This document shows positions 48,773 to 59,005 of a DNA stretch of 64,000 bases, piece by piece; position 1 is the stretch's first letter, and each line of letters starts with the position of its first letter. The stretch is taken from the IMG/VR virus record IMGVR_UViG_3300014204_000143, one strand, 5' to 3'. Source of the stretch: a virus (taxonomy: Duplodnaviria > Heunggongvirae > Uroviricota > Caudoviricetes). Made by a program: the position numbers and the translations under genes. The notes below the pieces were generated by a model, which was not told the DNA's origin, did not search any database, and saw only the letters and a list, made by a program, of their open reading frames with translations.

Positions 48773-49912
48773 ATGGAAAACGAAATTGAAATTGAAAAAG
48801 ATTTAAAAGGAGGAATAGACGACCTTATCGATAATATTGTTATAAATACTCGTCAGAATATTGACATGTTCTTATTAGAAGAAAAACCAGCAGAATTAAT
48901 GGCTCTATATGATTTTTATTATTATACTGCCAAGTGGCAAAAAACTAATCAACCAAGGGCAACAATTAGTTATGTTATGAAAGGTTTAAAATGGGGAGAA
49001 ACAAAAGTTAGAAAAAATAAAAAAATATTAATAAGATTAGGGCTAATAAGAGATTTTAGAGCTGTAGATAAAAAAACTGGAAAAATAAATGGCTGGTATA
49101 TAAAAGTTTGTTATATTTGGAGTAAAGAAAACCTATTAAATAGAATAAAAACCACCCTCTCAAAAATCCAACAGGTGGTTTACGAGGGGACAAATGCTTT
49201 AAGTGATTCTAATTTAAATGCTTTAAGTGATTCTGTAAATTTTCAGAACAACGCCGATTTAGCAGTACCCAACGTTTCTCCTAGTTCAACCTCGGAAGAA
49301 AATTTACCTTCACCTTCTTATAAGTGGGGTTTAAACTCGGCTAGTGCTACTTCTGCTGTTCCTGCTCCTCAACAAGATAATACTCCTCAACTTTCTTCTA
49401 CTACAACTTCTCAACATACGTCTATTCAACTATGCAGTCCAGTTAAACCTTCTTCAAAACAAGACTCTCTAGCTAAAAAGCCTCTAGCCTCATCGAAAAA
49501 TCCACCAAAAATTTTTTCAACCGAGGAAATCGAACGCTTCAAAAAGCTTCGTGCCGAAGAAGTCCAATGCTTCAACCTCGTCAGGCAGGACTTAACACCA
49601 TCACTAGAAACCCAGAAGTCACCAATTTACGACCCGACATTTGATTTTAATAGAGAAATGTTAAAGTTAGAGAATGACAAACAGGTACACGTTCGGATTA
49701 TTGCTTTGTTTTGGTATGCCAAGGGGACAACTTTTGAAAACGAAGGACAGTATAAAGCCCAATTTAGACGTTTGCTAAAGGGGGCTAGTCAACTAAAGCA
49801 CTACTCTTTCGATAAAATATTGAAAGCAATGGTGAGTGCTAGCGAAGAAAGTAAAAAAGTTGGTTATGACTGGGGACTTGAAACAGCGATTAAAAAGATT
49901 GATAAGGTCTAA
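48773..49912 (+). CDS. Hypothetical protein with N- and C-terminal globular parts separated by an S/T/P-rich disordered linker. Possibly a replication-initiation or DNA-binding protein.
   Basis: 379-aa ORF with a winged-helix-like N-terminus (KGLKWGETKVRKNKKILIRLGLIRDFR). No firm motif. Confidence 0.25.
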   Translation: MENEIEIEKDLKGGIDDLIDNIVINTRQNIDMFLLEEKPAELMALYDFYYYTAKWQKTNQPRATISYVMKGLKWGETKVRKNKKILIRLGLIRDFRAVDKKTGKINGWYIKVCYIWSKENLLNRIKTTLSKIQQVVYEGTNALSDSNLNALSDSVNFQNNADLAVPNVSPSSTSEENLPSPSYKWGLNSASATSAVPAPQQDNTPQLSSTTTSQHTSIQLCSPVKPSSKQDSLAKKPLASSKNPPKIFSTEEIERFKKLRAEEVQCFNLVRQDLTPSLETQKSPIYDPTFDFNREMLKLENDKQVHVRIIALFWYAKGTTFENEGQYKAQFRRLLKGASQLKHYSFDKILKAMVSASEESKKVGYDWGLETAIKKIDKV

Positions 49913-50067
49913 CCCCCTCCCAACGTGCCACTAGACGCACCACAATCAATTCTACGGCGTTTAAATCCTGTTTATGTCCAATCTACCACAAAGCACCATA
50001 CTCTTGTCCTGGGGCAAATTAGACACATTACAGGTCAAATCTAAAATTAACAAAAAAAATTAACAAA

Positions 50068-50313
50068 GTGTCTATGATTAAACTCATCATCAATCCTTTA
50101 ACGACAATGACTAAAAAGGTTGGAAGGCTAGCCATTGTTGGATATTTAAAGGCAAATAAAATTCCATTCGAAGTCGAGGAAAAAAATGTCCGCAAAGAGA
50201 AGTTTATTGTTGACAAAGATGAATATAATATCGATGATGTTGTTTCGAGAGAATACTTATATAAAATAATCGGAAAAAGAGTTAAGAGTGGTAATCTAAA
50301 CCCAACAAAGTAA
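50068..50313 (+). CDS. Hypothetical small protein
   Basis: 81-aa ORF. Confidence 0.3.
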   Translation: MSMIKLIINPLTTMTKKVGRLAIVGYLKANKIPFEVEEKNVRKEKFIVDKDEYNIDDVVSREYLYKIIGKRVKSGNLNPTK

Positions 50314-50403
50314 CTTATCCCCAGATTTTGTCAATAAAGAATTGACAGCCACTTTGAAATAGGTAATTATGAAAGCATAAAATAAAAATAACCAAAATTT
50401 AAA

Positions 50404-50979
50404 ATGAAAAAAGATAAATTGGAGATTGTCGCTCCACATTTCAAGAAGTCACAAGAAGTTACTAAAGAGAATCTCACGTTAATTTCTGATGTTATGTTTG
50501 CCATGGTTGATATATGCCAGAAGCTAGAAGAAGACAAAATAGTTTCTGATGCTTATGCTTTAGCCCATTGTCAAGTCGAATCAGAAACTCCGTTGAGATT
50601 TTTTGTTTTTAATATTACCAATCCAGAAATTTCAATGCTAATCGGCACCGATATTTCTCCTGTCATTATTAATCCATGTATTGTCAATCACACTAAAGTT
50701 TTTGTAGAAAAAGCAGAAGCGTGTTTGAGTGCGGCTGGGTATGGTGGAGCAATTGTTAAGAGGTTTAATAAAGTGACGGTAGAATTTAATGAACTTCAAA
50801 CCGACGATGATAAAACTTTCTATATGGGTGAAAGACGAACGATGAATCTAAGTGGAAAACTTTCTCAAATTTTTCAACACGAGATAGACCACTTCTTAGG
50901 TAGATACATATTTGAAGACGATATTATGGAAAGTATTGCCGAGATAATGGAAAAAGATAAAAAAAAGAAAGAGAAATAA
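50404..50979 (+). CDS. def: Peptide deformylase
   Basis: EACLSAAGYGG (EGCLS motif II) and QHEIDHFLG (HEXXH motif III). Confidence 0.75.
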   Translation: MKKDKLEIVAPHFKKSQEVTKENLTLISDVMFAMVDICQKLEEDKIVSDAYALAHCQVESETPLRFFVFNITNPEISMLIGTDISPVIINPCIVNHTKVFVEKAEACLSAAGYGGAIVKRFNKVTVEFNELQTDDDKTFYMGERRTMNLSGKLSQIFQHEIDHFLGRYIFEDDIMESIAEIMEKDKKKKEK

Positions 50980-51127
50980 TAAGAACGGATATGATTAAAG
51001 AGTTTATAATAGGAATATTATTATCCTCAGAAATGGCAAAATTAGAAGGAGAATCTTTTGATTTTGAATTTACATTAAGAAAAGTATTAAACGAAATAAA
51101 CGAAAACGAAAATTAAATAAAAAATTT

Positions 51128-52132
51128 ATGCGAAAATTAGTAACAGTTCAAAAGGTATTAGAAAAAAAATCAATAGAAGGAGCCGATAGAATTGAGGCAG
51201 TAAGGATTAATGGTTGGTGGGTAGTGACACAAAAAGACCAATTTAAAGTTGGCGAGTATTGTATTTATTTTGAGGTGGATTCGTTTTTGCCAATTAAACC
51301 AGAATTTGAATTTCTTTTAAATGGTAAGTCGCCTAAAAAAATGCTATACAAAGGAAAAGAAGTTGAGGGTATTAGGTTGAAAACAATTAAGTTAAAAGGA
51401 CAGCTGAGCCAGGGCTTAGTAATGCCAATTACCGAAACGATGATAATAAAAGAAATTGATGAAGATTTGTCAGATTATTTTGGAGTTATATTATACGAAC
51501 AACCAGTCCCACCACAACTTCAAGGATATGCTAAGGGCAATTTTCCAGGATTTATTCCAAAGACTGATGAAGAAAGAATACAAAATATGACGGAAATTTT
51601 TAATAATTATGTCGCCACAGAAAAGATTGATGGCACTTCTGCAACATATTATAAAAAAGACGGGGTATTTGGGGTTTGTAGTAGAAATTTAGAATTAGTT
51701 AAAGGGGAAAGTATTTATTGGAGAATCGCAGAAAAATATAATTTAGAAAATATAATTCCAGACGGGTTATGTTTTCAGGGGGAAATAATAGGAGAGGGTA
51801 TTCAAGGAAATCCTTTAAAGCAAACTGGTCAAGATATTTATTTTTTCAATGTCTATAATATTGAAAGCAATACTTATTTAGATTTTGATGAATTTCTAAA
51901 TATTTGTGAAAAATTAAATCTTAAAACTGTTCCAATTATAAATGACAATTTTTCTTTGCCAAAAAATGTTGATGATATGTTATGGTTTGCAGAAGGGTTT
52001 GCAGAAGGAAAAAGTTTATTGAATCCAAACGTAGAACGAGAAGGCGTTGTCGTCAGAAGTAAAAACAAAATAAATGGCGAAAGGATTTCTTTTAAAGCCA
52101 TTTCAAATACTTATTTATTAAATGAAAAATAA
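51128..52132 (+). CDS. ATP-dependent RNA ligase (Rnl2/DRB0094-like nucleotidyltransferase)
   Basis: Ligase motif I ATEKIDGTSATYY (KxDG), ...FQGEIIGEGIQGN and motif IV-like EGVVVRS. Confidence 0.6.
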   Translation: MRKLVTVQKVLEKKSIEGADRIEAVRINGWWVVTQKDQFKVGEYCIYFEVDSFLPIKPEFEFLLNGKSPKKMLYKGKEVEGIRLKTIKLKGQLSQGLVMPITETMIIKEIDEDLSDYFGVILYEQPVPPQLQGYAKGNFPGFIPKTDEERIQNMTEIFNNYVATEKIDGTSATYYKKDGVFGVCSRNLELVKGESIYWRIAEKYNLENIIPDGLCFQGEIIGEGIQGNPLKQTGQDIYFFNVYNIESNTYLDFDEFLNICEKLNLKTVPIINDNFSLPKNVDDMLWFAEGFAEGKSLLNPNVEREGVVVRSKNKINGERISFKAISNTYLLNEK

Positions 52133-52146
52133 TTAATTATAAAACT

Positions 52147-52746
52147 ATGTTTGGATTTAGTAAAAAACAAAAAGAAATAGAATTCATCACAAAACAACAA
52201 ATTGATGAAATTGTTGCTTCGTTAACTGATTTTATGGTAAAGAGTGAACTACCACTAGTTGATTTTTCCGAGGGCGATACGCTTAGGTGGAAAGTAACAA
52301 AAGACACATATAAACCGTCTTGGGATATACTAAAAGAAATCAACGATCTTAAATGTGAAAATGGTCAAAGAAAACGTGAAAATAAAGAACTAAAAGACGA
52401 AATCAATGTCTTAAATTCTAATAACGATTTTCTACGTAACGAAATTAAAAAAATAAATGAACAATGTGTCCGATACGATGAAAATTTCAAAAGAATCAAA
52501 GACGAGTTTTATGTGCCTGACTATTTAGTAACTACTGGTGAGGCGACTGGACATCAAAATATTTTAAAGTCGGAGGCTGTTAGTTTTGATAAATTAAATA
52601 GTGGAGCTTTTAAAATGATTGTTAACGGAGAACTTAGTTTTGGTGGGATAGACACACATCATACTTCCAAAGAAAATTACGAAAACCATAAATCATTAAT
52701 TGATAAGTGGAAAAAAGAAATCAATAATAACAAACCAAAAAAATAA
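52147..52746 (+). CDS. Hypothetical coiled-coil protein
   Basis: 199-aa ORF. Confidence 0.3.
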   Translation: MFGFSKKQKEIEFITKQQIDEIVASLTDFMVKSELPLVDFSEGDTLRWKVTKDTYKPSWDILKEINDLKCENGQRKRENKELKDEINVLNSNNDFLRNEIKKINEQCVRYDENFKRIKDEFYVPDYLVTTGEATGHQNILKSEAVSFDKLNSGAFKMIVNGELSFGGIDTHHTSKENYENHKSLIDKWKKEINNNKPKK

Positions 52747-53640
52747 ATGGAGAGCAGTCCAAAAAAAATAGAAAGCTTGTCGCTAGATAATGGATTGAAA
52801 AAAAGATTTGAAGAAGAAAAACATAAGATTGTTAGAATATCAGAAATAGCCATCCCAAAACTAGCAGAGCCTATCTCTACTGGTATTTTGGGTTTAGATA
52901 ATATTTTTCATGGTGGATTTAGACCAGGTGAATTAGTGATTATTGGTGGGGTTAGTGGTAACGGAAAAAGTTTACTCACTCTTCAACTTATTAAAAATTA
53001 TTCTAACGTTGGTCAGAAAGTTTTATTCTTTAGCTTTGAAGAGCCTGTTGACAGAATCAGATGGCGACTAGAAAGAATGGGTGGCGACAATGAAAACCTT
53101 GAGTGTTATGTGCCGAAGTCATTAAAAGACGGAACGGTTAATTGGATAGAAGAGAAAGTAATTGATGCTATTTGTAATCACTCGATTGAAATTTTTATTA
53201 TCGATAATCTTGATTTTTTAACAGTTGAGACTGGATTTAGAAATGACGATAAGTGGGCGATGCAGTCTAGAATTATTGGAATGTTAAAAAGGATTGCGAA
53301 TAATTACAAAGTGATTGTTATTTTAAATGTCCACGTCAAAAAGAATCGAGATAGTGACCTGCCTACAATGGAAGACATTTGGGGTTCGGGTGATATTTTC
53401 AAATTATCTGACACAGTTATTTTTATTCATCGTATTATGGAAGGAAATAAATTGTTTAAAAATAGTGGAGAGTCAAAACCAACCAATGAAAGTTTTATTT
53501 ATGTCAAGAAGAATCGGTTGTGGGGAGAGTTATCTTCGTTTAGAATGATTTATGATAATGGGGAATTAAAATATAAAGAGCCAGATGCACCAGTCGAACC
53601 TGCAATTAATCTTGAAGACGTCTCTAAAATGTTTGAATAA
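52747..53640 (+). CDS. DnaB-like helicase C-terminal-domain / RecA-fold ATPase
   Basis: LGLDNIFHGGFRPGELVIIGGVSGNGKSLLTLQL (Walker A in DnaB context), Walker B ...IFIIDNLDF, and only 297 aa (no N-terminal DnaB domain). Confidence 0.6.
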   Translation: MESSPKKIESLSLDNGLKKRFEEEKHKIVRISEIAIPKLAEPISTGILGLDNIFHGGFRPGELVIIGGVSGNGKSLLTLQLIKNYSNVGQKVLFFSFEEPVDRIRWRLERMGGDNENLECYVPKSLKDGTVNWIEEKVIDAICNHSIEIFIIDNLDFLTVETGFRNDDKWAMQSRIIGMLKRIANNYKVIVILNVHVKKNRDSDLPTMEDIWGSGDIFKLSDTVIFIHRIMEGNKLFKNSGESKPTNESFIYVKKNRLWGELSSFRMIYDNGELKYKEPDAPVEPAINLEDVSKMFE

Positions 53641-53645
53641 TAAAT

Positions 53646-54398
53646 ATGGAAGAATTAAAAAAAATATTAGAAGTATGCCTAAAAGATACTTGTGATATTG
53701 TAAAAAAACATATTGATACTCATAAGGTTTATTATTATAATCCTAAAAAATTTTCAGAAAGAAGTGAAATTGTCTTATATAAAAACGTTAAAGATGACGA
53801 CCTAAATTCAATAATAAAATCTGAATTATTATATAAAAATTACTGGGAGTCTTGTAAAGGAAATACAAGAAAGTTAATTAGTGACTTTATAGAAACGATT
53901 GACAAAGACTGGGTGAAGTCAACACGTTTAGAATATTTAAAAAAACTTGAAAGAGCAATCCAAATCGATATAACACAGACAAAATTTCTAATCAACAAAA
54001 ACAGAATACTTGGCTATGATTTTATTAACAGTGTTTTAGAGGAACTTTTTGAACGCATAGAAAAAAAATACAAAAAAGTGTCCATTGAGCTCGCCTTCCT
54101 AAAAAGTGGTAAAGAAAAATTAGATGACTTTATCTCTAGGGATATAATTAGAAGGTGTCGAGAAGTCCCGATTGAAGATTTGGTTGATGTTCCAATCATT
54201 AATGCAGGTAATGGTAGAAAAAAATGTCGCTGTCCCTTTCATAGTGAGAAAACCGCCTCGTTTGTAATTTATAAAGAAAATACTTATCACTGTTTTGGGT
54301 GCAACGAAAGTGGAAAGAATGCCGTTGATTTTATTATGAAAAAAAATAAGTATTCGTTTGGGGAGGCGATTGAATTTTTAAAAAGATACTCATGTTAA
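53646..54398 (+). CDS. Primase-type CHC2 zinc-finger protein with the Zn finger at the C-terminus and no TOPRIM domain
   Basis: CRCPFHSEKTASFVIYKENTYHCFGCNESGKNAVDF matches the DnaG zinc-binding domain (CPFH.E.TPSF.V....YHCFGCG..G). Confidence 0.65.
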   Translation: MEELKKILEVCLKDTCDIVKKHIDTHKVYYYNPKKFSERSEIVLYKNVKDDDLNSIIKSELLYKNYWESCKGNTRKLISDFIETIDKDWVKSTRLEYLKKLERAIQIDITQTKFLINKNRILGYDFINSVLEELFERIEKKYKKVSIELAFLKSGKEKLDDFISRDIIRRCREVPIEDLVDVPIINAGNGRKKCRCPFHSEKTASFVIYKENTYHCFGCNESGKNAVDFIMKKNKYSFGEAIEFLKRYSC

Positions 54399-54745
54399 AA
54401 ATGATAAAAATATTCTCGGTGCTTCTGGCTAATTCTGACAGACAAGAATTGTGGTTGGGTCAGGCTGATACGTTAGAAGATGCAATTGATAAAGCAAGAA
54501 TAACTATCAGAGAAAAATTAGAAGATGAAGAGGATATGGGAGTATTTATGTATAACAGTATGATTATTAATGTAGTGACAAGCGAATGTGAGTTAGAGAG
54601 TCCCGAAGATGATATGCCAAGTAAAAACGATATTATGAACTTAATAATTAAACATAAGGATAAAAAAATGTTTAAAGAGTTTGATAGTATTTTTACCACC
54701 GAAGAATTGAGATATTTAAAAGATAAATTAAAAATAAAAAAATGA
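54392..54745 (+). CDS. Hypothetical protein
   Basis: 117-aa ORF. Confidence 0.3.
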   Translation: MLKMIKIFSVLLANSDRQELWLGQADTLEDAIDKARITIREKLEDEEDMGVFMYNSMIINVVTSECELESPEDDMPSKNDIMNLIIKHKDKKMFKEFDSIFTTEELRYLKDKLKIKK

Positions 54746-54957
54746 AAAAAGAACTAACACAAAAAGAATTTGAATCACTAAAAAAAGCAGGATACACTGG
54801 TGAAAATAACATTGGAGATATGATAGAATTTTTGGGTCACGATTGTTATGATATTGATCACGTTGATAGACATCATTGGAAAGTTGAAAGTGAACGAGAG
54901 TTTACCGCCGAAGAAATGATTGATGCATTAGATTTAGCAATTAAAGATAACCTATAA
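54742..54957 (+). CDS. Hypothetical small protein
   Basis: 71-aa ORF. Confidence 0.3.
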   Translation: MKKELTQKEFESLKKAGYTGENNIGDMIEFLGHDCYDIDHVDRHHWKVESEREFTAEEMIDALDLAIKDNL

Positions 54958-55223
54958 TGAAAATACTTAAATTTAGTACATCGTGGTGTCCTTCGTGTAT
55001 CGCTATGAAACATAAAGTTGAAGACGTAGAAAAAGAAACTGGGGTTGTGGTTGAACATCTTGACGCTGATAAAGAAACTGAAAAAGTTGAACAGTATAAC
55101 ATCAACGAACTGCCAGCTTTTATTTTTGTAGATGACGATGGCAACGAACTTTATCGAGCACACGGGATTATTCCAAAATTAAAATTGATAGAGTTAATAA
55201 ATAAATATGCAACTAATAAATAA
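54957..55223 (+). CDS. Thioredoxin/glutaredoxin-like protein
   Basis: KFSTSWCPSCIAMK carries WCxxC. 88 aa. Confidence 0.7.
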   Translation: MKILKFSTSWCPSCIAMKHKVEDVEKETGVVVEHLDADKETEKVEQYNINELPAFIFVDDDGNELYRAHGIIPKLKLIELINKYATNK

Positions 55224-55452
55224 AAATAATAAACAGTGTCATATTGAAATAGAATTATACGATTGTTATGGGTTTGGAGATATGATATTAAATCAGCTAT
55301 TAAACAACTCACTGAAACTAGAAAAACAATACAGGTGGATGAGTTGTAAAAATTTAAATAAAACCATTAGTGCTATTGGTTTATTTAAATTAAATGACAA
55401 TCAGTTTGAAATGCTAGAGGTTAAAGACATTAACAAAATAATAAATAAATAA
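55207..55452 (+). CDS. Hypothetical small protein
   Basis: 81-aa ORF. Confidence 0.3.
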   Translation: MQLINKNNKQCHIEIELYDCYGFGDMILNQLLNNSLKLEKQYRWMSCKNLNKTISAIGLFKLNDNQFEMLEVKDINKIINK

Positions 55453-55454
55453 AA

Positions 55455-57011
55455 ATGCAACAAGAAGAAAAAGATAAACTTACAGTAGAAAAAATTAATC
55501 AGGAACTTACAGAGGATTTAATAAAAAAAGACAAAGAAGAATTATTAAAAGAAAAAGTAAAGTTAGATGCTAGAAATAAATTAGAAGAATGTCTAAAGGC
55601 TGATGGTTTTATGATTCTGTTTAATAGTAAACACCTGGTAGTGGAAACTCCAATTGATACAAGATTTAGATTAGACCATTCAACAACTCGTGTTAGTTTT
55701 TCAAGTGATGATATTATGCAGAGCGTTGATGCTTGTGTGACTCAACTCGGTGTAAAACTAGAACCAGCACCAATTGTGGTTGTTCCTCCAAAGGTAGAAA
55801 CTCCTAGAAAGCCCTTAAAGATAGCCATTATTACACACTTTAATCAAATGCAGGAGTCATATTCTCCAGCAAAAGCAGTTAAAAACCAAATCAAAATTCT
55901 ACAAAAGTTTGGTCACGAAGTTGTCTTTTTTACCCAAGAAGGTAGCACTGTCGATGTCGGTTGTGAAATGAGAGCAAAAGTACCAAAGTTTAAAAGAGTT
56001 AAAGGTGTAATTAATAGTGAAGCCAAACAAAAAATGATTGATATGCTCCGAGAAGAATTAACAAATGATTTTGACTTGGCAATTACTCACGACTTTTATC
56101 TTGATGATTGTATTACTTATCGAGAGGCGATTAAAGAATGTGGAGTTGATATACCTTGGTTGCATTGGGCAAGAAGTGGTGTCGGTCATAAGATTGATTG
56201 TTATGCTCCAAATACTCACTGGGTTTATATGAACTACGCTGACACTCAAAGATTTTCTAACAACATCAGTGTTCCTCAAGAAGATATACGTGTAGTCTTT
56301 AACGAAAAAGACCCATCGCTGTTTTTTAAGTGGGACCCGATTACAACGATGATTTCAAACAGAATGCGACTCTGGGAAAAAGATATTATCCAAACTTATC
56401 CTATCTGCACTACCCGTATGGATGCAAAAGGACTGAATGAAGTTTTAAAAGTTTTCTCGTGTTTAAAAAGACTCGGTAAAAAGGTTTGTTTGGTTATCTG
56501 TAATTCAAATGGTAGAAAAAGAATTGAAGAAATAAATGCAAAGATAGAATATGCTAAAACTTTAGGACTAGTTCACGGTGAAGATTTTATTTTTACCAAT
56601 CAACTTGCCAACGAAGAATATCAAATTGAAAGTGAAATTCCAAATAAGGTCGTTGCAGAATTATTGTTGATTTCTAATTTGTTTATCTTTCCTACGGTGG
56701 CTGAAGTTTGTTCTAATATTTTATTAGAGGCTTCGATGTCTAAGAATCTTTTGGTCTTAAATTCTGACTTACCAAATTTGTTTGACTTTGCTGACAGTGG
56801 TGCAGTTTTGTCTTATCCCTTTTCTTCTAATATTAGCCTTCATTATCAAAGTAAAGACCAAGAATCTTATGACAGACTAACTAAACAAATTATCGGACAA
56901 CTTGAAAGCAATAAATCCGATAGACAGTTTAGACACGTTTGGTCAAAGCATAATCTAGAAACTATTTATCGAGATATGTTAGAACCCGTAATTTATGAAT
57001 TAATAAAATGA
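55455..57011 (+). CDS. Hypothetical protein, possibly a GT-B-like glycosyltransferase
   Basis: 518 aa. The central IAIITHFNQMQESYSPAKAVKNQIKILQKFGHEVVFF resembles GT4-type N-terminal Rossmann starts. This is weak. Confidence 0.25.
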   Translation: MQQEEKDKLTVEKINQELTEDLIKKDKEELLKEKVKLDARNKLEECLKADGFMILFNSKHLVVETPIDTRFRLDHSTTRVSFSSDDIMQSVDACVTQLGVKLEPAPIVVVPPKVETPRKPLKIAIITHFNQMQESYSPAKAVKNQIKILQKFGHEVVFFTQEGSTVDVGCEMRAKVPKFKRVKGVINSEAKQKMIDMLREELTNDFDLAITHDFYLDDCITYREAIKECGVDIPWLHWARSGVGHKIDCYAPNTHWVYMNYADTQRFSNNISVPQEDIRVVFNEKDPSLFFKWDPITTMISNRMRLWEKDIIQTYPICTTRMDAKGLNEVLKVFSCLKRLGKKVCLVICNSNGRKRIEEINAKIEYAKTLGLVHGEDFIFTNQLANEEYQIESEIPNKVVAELLLISNLFIFPTVAEVCSNILLEASMSKNLLVLNSDLPNLFDFADSGAVLSYPFSSNISLHYQSKDQESYDRLTKQIIGQLESNKSDRQFRHVWSKHNLETIYRDMLEPVIYELIK

Positions 57012-57421
57012 AATTAAAAGAGTTTATAATCGATGAAGTCTGGTGGACTGTTGATGATATTTTTAAAGATGTTAAATATTTTTTTAGAAGACATCTCTGG
57101 AAACTTATTAAAGGATATTACCCAGAAGATATTTGGAATCTCGGCTATTACTTTTCTTATCACATTCCTTTTATGCTCCGTAATTTTATTGAGTCCAATA
57201 GATGCGGTTATCCTTGCAATACTACCCAAGAAGAATGGGAAAAAAAATTACAGAGTGTCCTTTACAAACTTGAGTCAATTAAACGTTATGAATCACAAGC
57301 CCCAGATAAGTGTAAAGAATATGACTGGGAAAAAGATTTAAAAGAAGAAGAGACTGCAGAAGAAGAATTTGTTAAGGGGTGGCACGAACTTGGGGATATA
57401 ATTTTTAAACTTTGGGATTAA
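57008..57421 (+). CDS. Hypothetical protein
   Basis: 137-aa ORF. Confidence 0.3.
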   Translation: MKLKEFIIDEVWWTVDDIFKDVKYFFRRHLWKLIKGYYPEDIWNLGYYFSYHIPFMLRNFIESNRCGYPCNTTQEEWEKKLQSVLYKLESIKRYESQAPDKCKEYDWEKDLKEEETAEEEFVKGWHELGDIIFKLWD

Positions 57422-57574
57422 TATGAAAAAAAAAGAAACTCCAAAAATGTCTTATCTGGCTTGTCCTTATTGTGATGGCATAATTCATGCAATATCGCTC
57501 GAAGATTTTATTTGCGAGCACTGCAAGAAGTCCCTTAAGTTTGAAGATGCATTTAAAAATATTAAATTAAAAAA

Positions 57575-57949
57575 ATGTTAGAGTTAGGACAATTTCTTAG
57601 TGGAAGGTGTGAAAATTATGAAACTAAAGAGTGGGTTGATGCTCTGATTGATTATTTGTTAGAAAAAATTAAAATAGTATATGTTAACAAATATCATAAA
57701 ATTTTTGATGAAGTAGACGACCTAGACAATATTGAATTAAAAGGGATTATTGTCAGTTCATATTATTGGGGAGATGATGAAAAAGAAATTAAAAAACCAA
57801 ACCTTAAATTCAAGGGACTAAAACAAGAAATTCAATGGTATAAATATCCTGGTCGGGGTCAAACGTCAAAATATAAATATACAGACTTAGAATGGATTGA
57901 CTGGTTTAATAAAGCACTTAAAATAATTAGGAAAAATAATAAATATTAA
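57575..57949 (+). CDS. Hypothetical protein
   Basis: 124-aa ORF. Confidence 0.3.
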   Translation: MLELGQFLSGRCENYETKEWVDALIDYLLEKIKIVYVNKYHKIFDEVDDLDNIELKGIIVSSYYWGDDEKEIKKPNLKFKGLKQEIQWYKYPGRGQTSKYKYTDLEWIDWFNKALKIIRKNNKY

Positions 57950-57950
57950 A

Positions 57951-58826
57951 ATGAAAAATGTTCTTATAACTGGATACCGAGGTTTTGTCGGTCGAAGTCT
58001 CTGCACTCAACTCGCTTGTCAAGGAATTACCCATAGCGGATATGACTTGCTTGATGGCGATGATATTCGTGATAAGTTTACGCTTGATACTAAATTTATG
58101 AATGGTAATTTTGATAGCGTGATTCATCTGGCGGCTTTAACTGGAGTCCCACGGAGCGACGAGTATTATGAAGAATATTTTAGCACCAACGTTGTCGGGA
58201 CACAGAACGTGGTGAATCTAGCAAAAAAATATGGAGTCAAAAATATAATCTTTTATAGTTCATCTTCTGTCTATGGTGGAGCAACTAATGAAAAAGGAAT
58301 CAGTGAGAGTTTTCAACTTCGTCCAATTTCTACTTATGGAATTACAAAAAAAACTGGCGAAGATATTATAAAAAATAGCGGACTCAACTGGGCAATTGTT
58401 CGGCCATTTACGATTTATGGTGAGCAAGGAAAACCATTTGCAGTGATTAAGAAGTGGATTAATCAGATTAAGGCTGGACAACCTATCACGTTTTATGGTG
58501 ATGGCACATCTTCACGAGGGTATACTTACATTAAAGACATTGTTAAAACCACGATTGACTTACTAAACAAAATGGAATCAGGGATGGGGGCTGACATTTA
58601 TAACGTAGGAGGATCTGAAAATATAACCCTTAACGAACTTTATCAAATTTTTGAAGAAGTCTGTAAGCGTAAGAAAATAAAAATTGAAAGAGTGAATAAA
58701 GAGAGACCCGACTATGATATAGCAAACTCCTTTGCTGATGTGACTAAAGCAAAACTTTTACTGGGATATGAACCTAAGGGAAATTTTAAAGAAGCCACGA
58801 GAGCGATACTGGAGGCTGAACTGTAG
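57951..58826 (+). CDS. NAD-dependent sugar epimerase/dehydratase/reductase (extended SDR)
   Basis: N-terminal ITGYRGFVGRSL (GxxGxxG), YSSSSVYGG and YGITK (YxxxK). Confidence 0.8.
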   Translation: MKNVLITGYRGFVGRSLCTQLACQGITHSGYDLLDGDDIRDKFTLDTKFMNGNFDSVIHLAALTGVPRSDEYYEEYFSTNVVGTQNVVNLAKKYGVKNIIFYSSSSVYGGATNEKGISESFQLRPISTYGITKKTGEDIIKNSGLNWAIVRPFTIYGEQGKPFAVIKKWINQIKAGQPITFYGDGTSSRGYTYIKDIVKTTIDLLNKMESGMGADIYNVGGSENITLNELYQIFEEVCKRKKIKIERVNKERPDYDIANSFADVTKAKLLLGYEPKGNFKEATRAILEAEL

Positions 58827-58829
58827 ATT

Positions 58830-58918
58830 GATTGCGACATTTTAAAGCGTTGATTGCGACATTTTATTCTTAAATTTTAATGCCAGTCAATGTTTAAGCC
58901 ATTTAATTGCGACATTTT
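58830..58918. repeat. Three direct copies of ATTGCGACATTTT (58830, 58853, 58905) in the convergent intergenic region
   Basis: Seen directly: ttgATTGCGACATTTTaaagcgttgATTGCGACATTTTattc...ttaATTGCGACATTTTtaa. Confidence 0.7.
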
Positions 58919-58922
58919 TAAG

Positions 58923-58975
58923 GAAAAAAAATAGACTGGAAAGTGTTTTTAAGTCCTGCTCCAGTCTATTTTTGT
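58923..58975. terminator. Bidirectional rho-independent terminator between convergent genes
   Basis: aaaaaaaa ATAGACTGG-[21 nt]-CCAGTCTAT ttttg: a 9-bp stem flanked by an A-run and a T-run. Confidence 0.65.
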
Positions 58976-59005
58976 ATTGGTTGTAAGGTTAAAGCTTACT
59001 TGTGG

